Source: a virus
Taxonomy: Duplodnaviria > Caudoviricetes
Reading direction: 5' to 3' (one strand)
IMG/VR virus record: IMGVR_UViG_3300014204_013734
Location: 288,001-352,000 of that record
Length of the DNA: 64,000 nucleotides
Made by a program: the position numbers and the translations under genes
Shown: positions 9,714-19,256 of the stretch, piece after piece
How the letters are laid out: the number at the start of each line of letters is the position of its first letter
How positions within the stretch are numbered: position 1 is the stretch's first letter
Notes under the pieces: generated by a model
Told to the model about the DNA's origin: nothing
What the model saw: only the letters and a program-made list of their open reading frames with translations
The model's database searches: none

Positions 9714-10607
9714 ATGGACGGAGGTGACACTTTGGACGAATGGAAAGAGTATCCTGAGGGAGACGGACATCCTACGTGTCCTCGCTGTCACGGGCGCGGG
9801 GTCGTTTCCTTGCCGAAAGAACTACGGCCCCGGATTGCTGTCGGTGAACTGACACAAATATGTACCTGTGTTCTGGCCAGGGACATCATGGCAAATTTGG
9901 AACGTGGATGGCGAGGTTTGTCCAAAGCAGCGGTGATAAAAACATCCCCCCTTGTGGGGATGGAAAAAAAGAACCTTCGCATTACGGCATCCGCAAAGGC
10001 CATTAAAGAACATTTGAAACACGTTGCGTCCCGAATGGGGACCCGTTGGGGATTTCTTGTCATCAGCGATGCTACCATGATGGATGCTTGGTTATCCAAA
10101 GGTATTGCAAGGATTTACGATGCTGACGTAGAAGAAATGCGGTCATCTGATTCCAGGGGCGGGTTTGAAAAAAGTCCTTACGATGCTCTTTCCGAACTGG
10201 TAGAACATCCGCCTTTACTGATTGTGGTCCTCGGAGTCAAAGCAGCCCGCAATTCTGCCATGGCGGAAGTTCTTCTTGAAGCTTTGACGCTTAGGGATTT
10301 TGCAGGTCGGCCTACTTGGTTGGTAGATCAGCCAGTACATCCTTTTGCTGAGGGGCATTTGTCTTGGAGTTCTTCCGTGGAATCGTGGTTGGAACCTTGG
10401 GAAAAAGTAGTCCTGAGTCGTCCTGCCCTAACCCCAAGCACAAGTACTGTCATTCGACCTGGTAAACCCCAGACGTTTGTTATGGGTCGTGAACCGATTG
10501 TTCAACTTTCTGAACCTCCCGCAGTAACTTGGGAACAAGCCGAATTGACAAAGATGAAGGAATCCGACAAGAAAAAGTGGAGAAAGAGGAAAGGGAAACA
10601 GGAATGA
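9714..10607 (+). CDS. Zn-binding, degenerate DnaC/IstB-like helicase-loader candidate
   Basis: CPRCHG...CTC N-terminus; lies between the two helicases; no intact Walker A. Confidence 0.5.
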   Translation: MDGGDTLDEWKEYPEGDGHPTCPRCHGRGVVSLPKELRPRIAVGELTQICTCVLARDIMANLERGWRGLSKAAVIKTSPLVGMEKKNLRITASAKAIKEHLKHVASRMGTRWGFLVISDATMMDAWLSKGIARIYDADVEEMRSSDSRGGFEKSPYDALSELVEHPPLLIVVLGVKAARNSAMAEVLLEALTLRDFAGRPTWLVDQPVHPFAEGHLSWSSSVESWLEPWEKVVLSRPALTPSTSTVIRPGKPQTFVMGREPIVQLSEPPAVTWEQAELTKMKESDKKKWRKRKGKQE

Positions 10608-13498
10608 AGACGCTGCTTCGATCGGTTTTCATATCTGCAGCTTCCGACAATAAGGATCTGTTTTTTAGAAATTATCTGAATCTGGTGGATTCAGGTTTGG
10701 GGTTTGACATTGCCGAAGATGTAATCATTTGGGAATTCATCAAGGATTTTGTTCGGGCGCACAACCATATCCCTGATGTGACGACGATCCGAACCCATTT
10801 TGCACACAAGCAAGAAGACGGCATCCTGAACCGTATTGCGGTTTTGGAAAACCTGCCGGCGTATACTCAGGGCGATTTTGATGTCCGGTTGAATGCCAAG
10901 GCAGACGAACGTCGAGTGCGAGAAGTGTCGGAACTTCTCAAAGACGCAAGCGTCATCGTGTCAAGCGGATTGGAAATCCGTGAAGGACGCGACAAGAAGA
11001 TGCTCAAAGGTCCCATTGACGCCATCCATCACATCTTGGGTCAAAGCCACGGGATCGTGTCTCCTGTCGTGGGATCGCGTCTGTCCGGTGAAGTCACAAC
11101 GGACGGAGTAGATTTCATCAAGACCTATGAAAAGGTAGAAGCAGACCCCTTGGCCGGTATCGGTCAACACACCGGTTTGACACAGATGGATGCGGCACTA
11201 AATGGCGCAAAAAGATACGAATTGTGGACACATGCGGCATTCACTGGCCATATGAAAAGTACGATGCTGCTTAACTGGGCATACAACCAAGCCGTCTACT
11301 TTTTGCATGACAGCCTGATATTTTCCCTTGAAATGCCTTACAAGCAGTGCCGAAATATCCTGTATGCAATCCATTCTTCGCACGAAAAATTCCGGTACAT
11401 CCGATATTGCCTTGGGCTTCAGACGGATCCCTTCGGAACGGTCGGGTTGCCGTATGAAGGTATTCGTGACGGCGATCTGCCTTCGTGGCACAAGAATGCA
11501 AAGCGCTTCTTGTTTGAATGGGTAATCCCCGATTTCAATGGGAAACGAGTAGAAGTTGACTTCCATCCTGATACGGGGCAGCCCCTTATGGATTCAAAGT
11601 CGGGGAAGGCTTTTACGTTTACTCGTGATGGGAATGGGGATCCTTATCCCGACCCGTCAAATTATGGCCGGATACACATTGAAGTTGCGGACCCTGACAA
11701 GTCGGACTTCAGTATTGCTGACATGCGTCACAAGGCGGAACTGATCTATTCAAAACGGCCCTTTTCTCTTCTGTTCGTTGACCACGTTTCTCTAATGTCC
11801 CCCCGCAAATGGGTGTCCAACAGAACGGACCGGGACAACGAAATCATCCGTGACCTGAAGAAATTGGCAATGTCGTTCAACCGAGGGGAAGGGATGGCGG
11901 TAGTGGGTTTGTTCCAGATCAACCGTGACGGTTTCAGGACGGCCCTGAAGATGAAAGAGAAAACGGGAACAGCACGATATGATCTGACTAACCTAGCTTA
12001 CGCGAACGAATGTCTGCTGTACAACACACCAATAGGGACCGACAAAGGGTTGATTCCGATTGGAAAGATGAAAGCCGGATGTAAGGTGTGGTCTTCTTCC
12101 GGATGGAAGGAGGAAGTGAAAGAAGTCTTTGACCAAGGGGTCCGCCGCATTTGGAAGGTCACAAATGACCGACATGCCTGTCTAGAAGCGACGGATACAC
12201 ACAAGGTTCGTATCCTGACGGAAGAAGGCGTTCAATGGGCGGAAGTGCGGAATCTCAAGCCAGGAGATTTTCTGGTTGGTTCAGAATATCAGTTTGCTGA
12301 AACAATTCCTTCAATCCCGGAATGGAACGGGCGGACGAAACCTGACGAAAATTTGGCATGGTTGATCGGGGCGTGGGATGGGGACGGCACAGTAAGGAAA
12401 TACGGGGTTGCCTTCACCGGCAACCGCAAGGAAACCGTATTGGAAAAGCGGTTGCTGAACACCTTGAATGAAATACACGGGCGTCAAGCTAAGCACTACC
12501 ATTTCCTGAGTCGACCCGGTTCCTTTGACATGGAAGCCGGTGACAAGCACTTCAAGTCATGGTGGGACGGTATTGCCGCTCCAAGGGGGGAAAAAGTTCC
12601 GGAAGTCATCCTGCAATCCCCAGGCAGCCTTGTCATTGCTTACTTGCAGGGTCTTTTTGACGCTGATGGATGGATCAATTCCCAAGGGGTTGTTGGGATA
12701 TCGTCTAAGCATGAAGAATTCATGAGGCAAGTACAGTTGCTGTTGACTTGCTTGGGTATTGATTCCTGTCTGAACAAGAAGATGGTGATCTTGAAAAAGA
12801 CCGGCAAGCAGTATCCCTGTTGGACGGTTCATGTCCGGGGACCCTGGTCCAGGGTTGGGTTTAGGGACTTGATTGGGTTTACGGAACCTTGGAAACAGGA
12901 ACAGTTGGAAAGGTTCACCTGCAGGACTTCAAGATTGGACAGGTCGGGGAATGTTCTTCCTCTGCTGAATCTGGTTTCTGGTTTGGCGAACGAATTCCTT
13001 CCGGTCAAGCATCAATTTGACAAAATTTTCCGAAGGAATCAGAAAAAAGGTACGGTCCCTGAAAGTACCGCGAGACGGGTCCTGAAAGCCGTGACGGATC
13101 AAGGGATTGACAATGACCGTGTCCGATTCCTGGAAAGTGCCTTGAACGACATGATGTTGAGCCGTGTCGTTTCCGTTGAAGATACGGGGCAGGATGATAG
13201 GGTATTTGACATTGAAGTCGGGGGGGATCATGAATACCAATCAGGTTCGTTCCTTTCCCATAACTGTGAGAGGTCTTCCGACATTGTGACAGCGTCTTGG
13301 TTGGATCCTGAATTGGCGAAGTCCAACCGAGTCCAGTTTCAGTGTCTCAAGTCTCGCGACCAGAAGCCGTTTGAAATTTTCCTTGGGCGTGTAGAATGGC
13401 CCTGCCGAAGAATCCTGACTTGCTTTGACATCGTCATGGAACGTACGACCGAATCCGGAGGAAGTGTTGATGACGACCTTTCAAAGATCGATGTCTGA
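10604..13498 (+). CDS. dnaB: Replicative DnaB-like helicase, intein-containing
   Basis: AFTGHMKST Walker A, FSLEM, LFVDH, LKKLA, QINR, E-R-SSDIV and KSRD motifs; ATGA overlap at 10604. Confidence 0.88.
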   Translation: MKTLLRSVFISAASDNKDLFFRNYLNLVDSGLGFDIAEDVIIWEFIKDFVRAHNHIPDVTTIRTHFAHKQEDGILNRIAVLENLPAYTQGDFDVRLNAKADERRVREVSELLKDASVIVSSGLEIREGRDKKMLKGPIDAIHHILGQSHGIVSPVVGSRLSGEVTTDGVDFIKTYEKVEADPLAGIGQHTGLTQMDAALNGAKRYELWTHAAFTGHMKSTMLLNWAYNQAVYFLHDSLIFSLEMPYKQCRNILYAIHSSHEKFRYIRYCLGLQTDPFGTVGLPYEGIRDGDLPSWHKNAKRFLFEWVIPDFNGKRVEVDFHPDTGQPLMDSKSGKAFTFTRDGNGDPYPDPSNYGRIHIEVADPDKSDFSIADMRHKAELIYSKRPFSLLFVDHVSLMSPRKWVSNRTDRDNEIIRDLKKLAMSFNRGEGMAVVGLFQINRDGFRTALKMKEKTGTARYDLTNLAYANECLLYNTPIGTDKGLIPIGKMKAGCKVWSSSGWKEEVKEVFDQGVRRIWKVTNDRHACLEATDTHKVRILTEEGVQWAEVRNLKPGDFLVGSEYQFAETIPSIPEWNGRTKPDENLAWLIGAWDGDGTVRKYGVAFTGNRKETVLEKRLLNTLNEIHGRQAKHYHFLSRPGSFDMEAGDKHFKSWWDGIAAPRGEKVPEVILQSPGSLVIAYLQGLFDADGWINSQGVVGISSKHEEFMRQVQLLLTCLGIDSCLNKKMVILKKTGKQYPCWTVHVRGPWSRVGFRDLIGFTEPWKQEQLERFTCRTSRLDRSGNVLPLLNLVSGLANEFLPVKHQFDKIFRRNQKKGTVPESTARRVLKAVTDQGIDNDRVRFLESALNDMMLSRVVSVEDTGQDDRVFDIEVGGDHEYQSGSFLSHNCERSSDIVTASWLDPELAKSNRVQFQCLKSRDQKPFEIFLGRVEWPCRRILTCFDIVMERTTESGGSVDDDLSKIDV
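12011..13264 (+). mobile_element. Intein (418 aa) with LAGLIDADG homing endonuclease
   Basis: CLLYNT start, SHN|C end; LIGAWDGDG and LQGLFDADG motifs. Confidence 0.92.
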
Positions 13499-13730
13499 AG
13501 TATCGTTGGAAAATGGCGGCGTCATTGTCAAGCTGCATATGGAAGAAGCCTTAAAGATTGATCAGCTCAAGGGTTTGATGGTTCGGTATGGTTGGGACGA
13601 TGGAATCAAGAAAGCGGTAGAAGTGCTTTTCGTAGACATTGAAAAACAGGTTGGCAAAGAAATCCAGGAAGCACTTCACCGAAGCGTCCTTGACGGGACG
13701 ATCTCGTTTGACAGGAAAGACATTCCATGA
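13491..13730 (+). CDS. Hypothetical protein
   Basis: Short ORF overlapping both neighbours. Confidence 0.55.
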   Translation: MSEVSLENGGVIVKLHMEEALKIDQLKGLMVRYGWDDGIKKAVEVLFVDIEKQVGKEIQEALHRSVLDGTISFDRKDIP

Positions 13731-14461
13731 ATACCATTCCTGACGAATTGAAGGATTGGTTCAAGACATTGATTTCTCCCCCGGATGCCGAAGCCTTCAT
13801 CATTTCCAATTTGGAATCTGTTGACTTAGCTTCATGGCCCGATGAAAGCCATGTCGGGCTAATCGTCAGAGGGACCCCGACCGAAGCGCAATCCAAGGAA
13901 TTGCTTAGGGTGTTGAAACCGGGCGGGCACCTGATCTTGATTGCCCCTGACACGGAACCGACCGGGCATACAGGAACTTGCCGGATTGAAGATGCAGGTT
14001 TTGAAATCAGGGATTCCGTCCTGCTGGTGGATAGCCCGGAAGGGTTCTATTATGTCCCGAAGGCATCACGGGCCGAACGGGAAGCCGGGTGTTCAAACAT
14101 AGCCCCGAAACAACGGGATGAGGCTAGGAAAGAAGGAAACCCTGGCGGGGTTCATTCGGTCAGGAACTTTCACCCCACCATAAAACCTTCTGCGCTTATG
14201 GAAAAGCTGTTGGGGGACGGGAAGAATGGTGACAGTCCCATTCTTGACCCTTTCATGGGCAGCGGGTCCACGGGTATCGCCTGTGTCAAGACTGGGCATG
14301 ATTTTGTAGGGATTGACATGGAACCGGATTACGTGGGTATTGCGACGGCCCGTATCCGATATTGGGATGGGGAAACCGGTTTGGTTGAACGGTCCGTCAC
14401 GACGGAACAGGAACCCGAACTTGAAAAAACGGATTCCTTAAATGACATTTTCGGATGGTGA
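13727..14461 (+). CDS. Amino-(N6A/N4C) DNA methyltransferase, SAM-binding (C-terminal) module; catalytic DPPY absent
   Basis: RVLKPGG, FYYVPKASRAERE, NFHPTIKP and ILDPFMGSGSTG motifs; no (D/S/N)PPY. Confidence 0.8.
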   Translation: MNTIPDELKDWFKTLISPPDAEAFIISNLESVDLASWPDESHVGLIVRGTPTEAQSKELLRVLKPGGHLILIAPDTEPTGHTGTCRIEDAGFEIRDSVLLVDSPEGFYYVPKASRAEREAGCSNIAPKQRDEARKEGNPGGVHSVRNFHPTIKPSALMEKLLGDGKNGDSPILDPFMGSGSTGIACVKTGHDFVGIDMEPDYVGIATARIRYWDGETGLVERSVTTEQEPELEKTDSLNDIFGW

Positions 14462-14477
14462 AAAAGGAGGTAACGAA

Positions 14478-15311
14478 ATGACCAACAACACCCTTGCTAA
14501 AGATGTAGCACAGCACAAACGGGCCGTGTCCGTTTTTCTGTCCTTCTTGATCGGGAATCTTGAGGATCGGGCGAAAACGCACGATGACAGTAAGCTGTCT
14601 CCAGAAGAATTCAATGTTTACGATCAGGTTGGCCCGAGTTTGAAAGCAGCAGCGTTCGGGTCGGAAGAATACAAGGCAGGTTTAGCCCAATTAGGGTCGG
14701 CTTTGGCCCATCATTACGCTACCAACCGACACCATCCGGAATACTTCAAGCCCAAGAACGGCAAACCCGGCGGTATTCCTGCCATGGATTTGGTAGATGT
14801 TACTGAAATGTTGTGCGATTGGGTCGCGTCAGCCTTGGCTAAAGGCAATGATCCGTTGAAGGGTATGACTGAGGTTCTGTTCCCAAAATATCGGGTAGAT
14901 GGGGATCTTCAGGCTATCTTGTCAAACACTGTCAAATCTTTGCTTGAAGATGTTGCGAATCAGCCGGATAAGAAAAGATCCACAACCGAGGGTCCTTGGG
15001 AAGCTGAAATGCAAGACCCCACAACGTGTGAACATCCCACATGGGAAATTTCTCCAAAGGATGATCCGACGCAGACCATATGTGTCCTGTCTTCCTGCCA
15101 GGAAGGCAATCTTGAAGCAACGGCAAAATTGATAGCCCGTGCCCCGGTTTTGGAAGCGGAAAACAAAGCTCTTCGGGAGTCTCTTCGGGAAATGGTAGAA
15201 GACTTGGAGGAATGCGGGTCCCTGCCGGGTAGTGATGGACATCCTTACTGGAGGGCCCGTGTTTTGTTATACGGTGAAGAAGGACGAGTTCCAGGTAATA
15301 AAGGGGAGTGA
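14478..15311 (+). CDS. HD-like (DUF5662-type) domain protein with C-terminal extension
   Basis: HDDSK, HHYATNRHHPE and EMLCDW motifs; GGAGG RBS. Confidence 0.75.
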   Translation: MTNNTLAKDVAQHKRAVSVFLSFLIGNLEDRAKTHDDSKLSPEEFNVYDQVGPSLKAAAFGSEEYKAGLAQLGSALAHHYATNRHHPEYFKPKNGKPGGIPAMDLVDVTEMLCDWVASALAKGNDPLKGMTEVLFPKYRVDGDLQAILSNTVKSLLEDVANQPDKKRSTTEGPWEAEMQDPTTCEHPTWEISPKDDPTQTICVLSSCQEGNLEATAKLIARAPVLEAENKALRESLREMVEDLEECGSLPGSDGHPYWRARVLLYGEEGRVPGNKGE

Positions 15312-15314
15312 ACC

Positions 15315-15974
15315 ATGGAAAGCAAATCGACGGTTCTAAGTTTAGACGATTTTCTGACCCAGCAAACAACATCCCCCGATACGAAAGCAATGGAACTTGC
15401 TTACAAGACTTCCTGCGAAGATGCCGGCCGTGCCAAACGTGATATGGCCATCAATGAAGGATGGAATACGGTGTGGGGATGTCTGTTTGAAGCATACCTG
15501 AAATTTTCTCGGTTCGTTGTTGAAAGGAGCACTCCTGTTGGAGTAACCCTCTTTGTCCACCGTCAAATGGCGGTCAGGGAAATCCCGGATATCATTGCTT
15601 ACCTAGCCAGAGCCTATTCCGACCCTTCCTGCCGGCAACAGGAAAAACCTGACAACTACGGTTTGCACAAGGCCTTGAATATGGCGACAGCCATAATCAC
15701 CAAAACATCAGCCGCGTCCCAAATGGTTGGGGATCAGTGCATTCTGCCTGGGTGGGACGAACCGGCACAAGCAGTCGTCCAAGCGTTTTCTTCTTTGCGG
15801 CAGCAGATTACGATTACAGGGGCAGGAACGGACGAAGGGTCTACCAGCGTAACCCTCAATGAAAAGTATGTCCTTGATGCCATTCCCATGATGATTGCAC
15901 GTCTTTCTCGCGCCTATGCCTTGCTTTCTAAAGCCGAAGATGTGGTGGAAACGGCTAAAACGGTAACGCCATGA
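15315..15974 (+). CDS. Hypothetical protein with internal duplication
   Basis: Two GW...IPxxIAxLxRAY units. Confidence 0.65.
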   Translation: MESKSTVLSLDDFLTQQTTSPDTKAMELAYKTSCEDAGRAKRDMAINEGWNTVWGCLFEAYLKFSRFVVERSTPVGVTLFVHRQMAVREIPDIIAYLARAYSDPSCRQQEKPDNYGLHKALNMATAIITKTSAASQMVGDQCILPGWDEPAQAVVQAFSSLRQQITITGAGTDEGSTSVTLNEKYVLDAIPMMIARLSRAYALLSKAEDVVETAKTVTP

Positions 15975-17731
15975 ATGGTGAATTTCCGTCTGTTTTTGAG
16001 CATCCTTTGAAGGTAATTCACCTGTTCGCCGGAGCTGGGGGCGGTATCCTGGGGGACTTGATCCTTGGTCACGAATGTGTTGCTGCCGTAGAGATTGAAC
16101 CCTTCTGCCAACGGGTGTTGAAGGAGCGCATTGTGGACGGGGCATTGCCGGATTTCCCCATCCACGATGATGTCAGGACGTTCCAAGGCAAACCGTGGAA
16201 GGGTAAGATTGACATGATTTCAGGGGGCTTCCCCTGCACCAATATTTCCTTGGCAGGAAAAGGGGAAGGGCTTTCGGGACCACAAAGCGGACTCTGGTTT
16301 GAATTTGCACGGATCATTTCCGAAGCGGAACCCAAGTTCGTGTGGATTGAAAACGTTCCAGCCCTTCGGGGCCGCGGATTAACCGTCGTGCTCGGAAACC
16401 TCCATGACCTGGGCTACAACGCCCGGTGGGGGGTTATGTCCGCTGCTGATGCCGGAGCTCCGCATCTTCGCAAACGTTTTTGGATACTGGCGTGGCGTCA
16501 AGGGGTCGGGAAAGTGTCCGGCGAACCTGCCGCAAAATGGGATTCAAAGGCGAAGTCATGGAGGATCATCCGATCTTTTGATGGGACATCAATCTCTTAT
16601 GGAGAAGCCTTTCCGGTTTGGGGGGTGATGCGTAACGGTGGATTATTCCATCCGCCAATTCCGGAATTCGGTGCTTTCAACGGTGTTTCCTGGCCAACCC
16701 CGAGGTCCGGTAAGGTTTCGGACGAAAACGCAGAATCCTGGATGAAACGGCATGAGGAAGGCAAGGTGTCAACCCCGCCATTGGCTTTGGCCGTGAAGAT
16801 GGCAGACGGGAAAGAACCCTTTCCAACCCCGACGAAGTCCATGGCGACCGTACAGGACATGGAACAGGCAAGGTTTGCGGGAAACGATCCGAAGCGTCCG
16901 AAATACGCGGATGCCTTGAATTCATTTCCGACCCCTAGAGCAACCGATGCCGACCGGGGCGGTAGGGGAGACTTGATCCAGGCAGTTCGGGGGAACGCCA
17001 ATTCCCATCATAGTTCGTGGCCAACCCCTCGGGCGTCCCAAGGGGGTCCTGATTTCGCCCGGGAAGACCGGCCGGAATCAGGTGGTGACGATCTGGCAAC
17101 TGCAGTAGCCCGCGAGGAATTCGGGACGCCTACCGCCAACATGAAGGAAGCATCTGATTCTGAAACATGGCCAACGCCAACGTCTCGTGATTGGCGTTCG
17201 GGAAAAGCAAGTCAGGCTACTTTAAACAAGAATAGCCGTCCCTTGAGTGAAATTGTTGAAAAGCGACTCCAGGAAGAAGCATCCGATCCTTCAAGTTGGC
17301 CAACCCCGCGGGCATGTTCCGCCATTGCGGCGACTTTGACGGAAAACAACCTAGACCCCAGATTATTTCCGAACCTGGAAACTGTGGTGACAAGGTCCGA
17401 CCCGAAAAACATGCTCGGCGGGCAACTTAACCCTGATTGGGTAGAATGGCTGATGGGTTGGCCTATTGGATGGACCAACCTGGACCCCCTGAACATGGAA
17501 TGGTTTGAAATGTGGAAAAAGGGGACAGGTCCTTGGACGCAAGGGGGTTGGTGGGACGAAGACCCGTCCAAGACCGGTTTCGCTCCCAGGGTCGCTAGGG
17601 ATGTTTCGGATCGTGTCCGACGGTTGGCGGCACTTGGCAACGGACAGGTTCCGGCGACCGTTGCCTTGGCTTGGATCACGCTTGCAACAATGCAGGAATC
17701 CACGGATTTAGACACTTTTTTCGGGTGGTAA
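15971..17731 (+). CDS. C5-cytosine DNA methyltransferase with seven (W/F)PTP-type repeats
   Basis: LFAGAGG, GGFPC, ENV, HLRKR and LGNGQV motifs; LNPDWVEWLMG. Confidence 0.9.
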   Translation: MNGEFPSVFEHPLKVIHLFAGAGGGILGDLILGHECVAAVEIEPFCQRVLKERIVDGALPDFPIHDDVRTFQGKPWKGKIDMISGGFPCTNISLAGKGEGLSGPQSGLWFEFARIISEAEPKFVWIENVPALRGRGLTVVLGNLHDLGYNARWGVMSAADAGAPHLRKRFWILAWRQGVGKVSGEPAAKWDSKAKSWRIIRSFDGTSISYGEAFPVWGVMRNGGLFHPPIPEFGAFNGVSWPTPRSGKVSDENAESWMKRHEEGKVSTPPLALAVKMADGKEPFPTPTKSMATVQDMEQARFAGNDPKRPKYADALNSFPTPRATDADRGGRGDLIQAVRGNANSHHSSWPTPRASQGGPDFAREDRPESGGDDLATAVAREEFGTPTANMKEASDSETWPTPTSRDWRSGKASQATLNKNSRPLSEIVEKRLQEEASDPSSWPTPRACSAIAATLTENNLDPRLFPNLETVVTRSDPKNMLGGQLNPDWVEWLMGWPIGWTNLDPLNMEWFEMWKKGTGPWTQGGWWDEDPSKTGFAPRVARDVSDRVRRLAALGNGQVPATVALAWITLATMQESTDLDTFFGW

Positions 17732-17734
17732 AGA

Positions 17735-18322
17735 ATGAAACAAGAAGAAATTTATAAGGCTATGCGGGCTAGGTTTGCAACGGTTCTGGACGGATTCGTC
17801 GGTCAACGTTTGGAACCCCGTACCGTGCGTCAGATCAAACAAACCCTACAGGCTACTCTTTCCAGGATGATTGACGAAGGTCTTATTAACTTCCCCGTAC
17901 CAAATTGGCAACTGCGTGTGTACGAAAATGAAGGAAGCCTGGAAATCGTTTTTGGGGATCCAGATGAAAACCTACCGAAGAAAGGAACGGAGATGTTTTT
18001 GGACGAATACCAAGACAAGGCAAAAGTCACGGCTTTTTATCCTCGCAGATGGGCTAACCTGAATTATCCGACACTTGGACTGTGCGGGGAAGCTGGGGAA
18101 TTCGCCAACAAGGTGAAGAAGATTGAACGGGATCATGGGGGTGTTCTGACCGACGCTGTTCGGCAAGCCCTCAAAGAAGAACTGGGAGACGTGCTTTGGT
18201 ACGTGGCCATGTGCGCTGATGAACTTGGGCTTACTTTGTCGGATGTAGCGGAAACCAACGTGGCCAAGTTAGCATCCCGATTGGCACGGGATCAGATCAA
18301 GGGTGAAGGGGACCAGAGATGA
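17735..18322 (+). CDS. MazG-like NTP pyrophosphohydrolase with N-terminal extra domain
   Basis: GLCGEAGE...EELGDVLWY...NVAKL. Confidence 0.85.
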   Translation: MKQEEIYKAMRARFATVLDGFVGQRLEPRTVRQIKQTLQATLSRMIDEGLINFPVPNWQLRVYENEGSLEIVFGDPDENLPKKGTEMFLDEYQDKAKVTAFYPRRWANLNYPTLGLCGEAGEFANKVKKIERDHGGVLTDAVRQALKEELGDVLWYVAMCADELGLTLSDVAETNVAKLASRLARDQIKGEGDQR

Positions 18323-18984
18323 AAAAACCTTATCAACACATTAAGGTGCAGAAATTTTTGGATGACCAAAGTCAACGCCTGGAAACGGGGGCGGTTTGTG
18401 TAAATTTGGACTGGCCAGGTTTATTTATCCGGGGGGATAGTTGTCATGGATTCCTGATGCGTATTTTGGAACATCTTCAATGTGTTCTTGAAGGAGGAAA
18501 TGCAATTATGACCTGTCAACCTTTGTTGGAACTGGTTCATTTGCTGGACTCTCCAGTGCACTACGGGCCTGAATATGGACAATACGTTTCGCGTTTTTTG
18601 GAAGAACTGGACAATCGTTTTTCAATGTCCGATGACCCTAAGAAACCCTTGTATGATCCAAAAAGGGTGTCGGAAAGGGCTTTGTCGGAATTGGAAGCTA
18701 AGTTCAGGGAAGCCCTTTCAGGTATGCTTGATAAGACCTGGAATAACGCTTCCGAAGAAGAACTGAACGACTTTCTTAAGAAAGTCGTCATTGAATTCAT
18801 TGATAAGGATTTCCTTCCTTGGTGGTCTCTTCCAACAATCAAATGGGAAGTTGTAGCTTCTGAAGGATGGTCTTCTTTGAAATTCAATTTCCGCATACCG
18901 GGGAAATCTGACAAATTCTTCATTCAACCTTTCAAAAAGGAAAAAGACGGAAATGACCACGGAAGAGTTGGGACCCCATGTTAG
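18319..18984 (+). CDS. Hypothetical protein
   Basis: ATGA-coupled ORF; DWPGLFIRGD motif. Confidence 0.6.
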   Translation: MKKPYQHIKVQKFLDDQSQRLETGAVCVNLDWPGLFIRGDSCHGFLMRILEHLQCVLEGGNAIMTCQPLLELVHLLDSPVHYGPEYGQYVSRFLEELDNRFSMSDDPKKPLYDPKRVSERALSELEAKFREALSGMLDKTWNNASEEELNDFLKKVVIEFIDKDFLPWWSLPTIKWEVVASEGWSSLKFNFRIPGKSDKFFIQPFKKEKDGNDHGRVGTPC

Positions 18985-19256
18985 AAACCGGGGCATGTTT
19001 GATTTCCAGGACCGGCATGCGGTTAACCCAGGTTCCGAAGATAGATTGCACTACTTCCATCAAAGCTGGGAAAACGATTGGACGCGTCCACGTATGGCTT
19101 CTGGAAAATGCCGTTCTGCAGGCGGAAGCTTTGAATGACGAATGGGTGTCATCCATGTTTTCAAAGTGGGAAGCAAAACGGTTGACTGATGCCGATGTGG
19201 AAACCTTAAACGATTGGTTGTTTGATCCTGAATTTGGACAAGGAAACAGGGCATGA
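18978..19256 (+). CDS. Hypothetical protein
   Basis: 92-aa ORF overlapping both neighbours. Confidence 0.55.
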   Translation: MLETGACLISRTGMRLTQVPKIDCTTSIKAGKTIGRVHVWLLENAVLQAEALNDEWVSSMFSKWEAKRLTDADVETLNDWLFDPEFGQGNRA

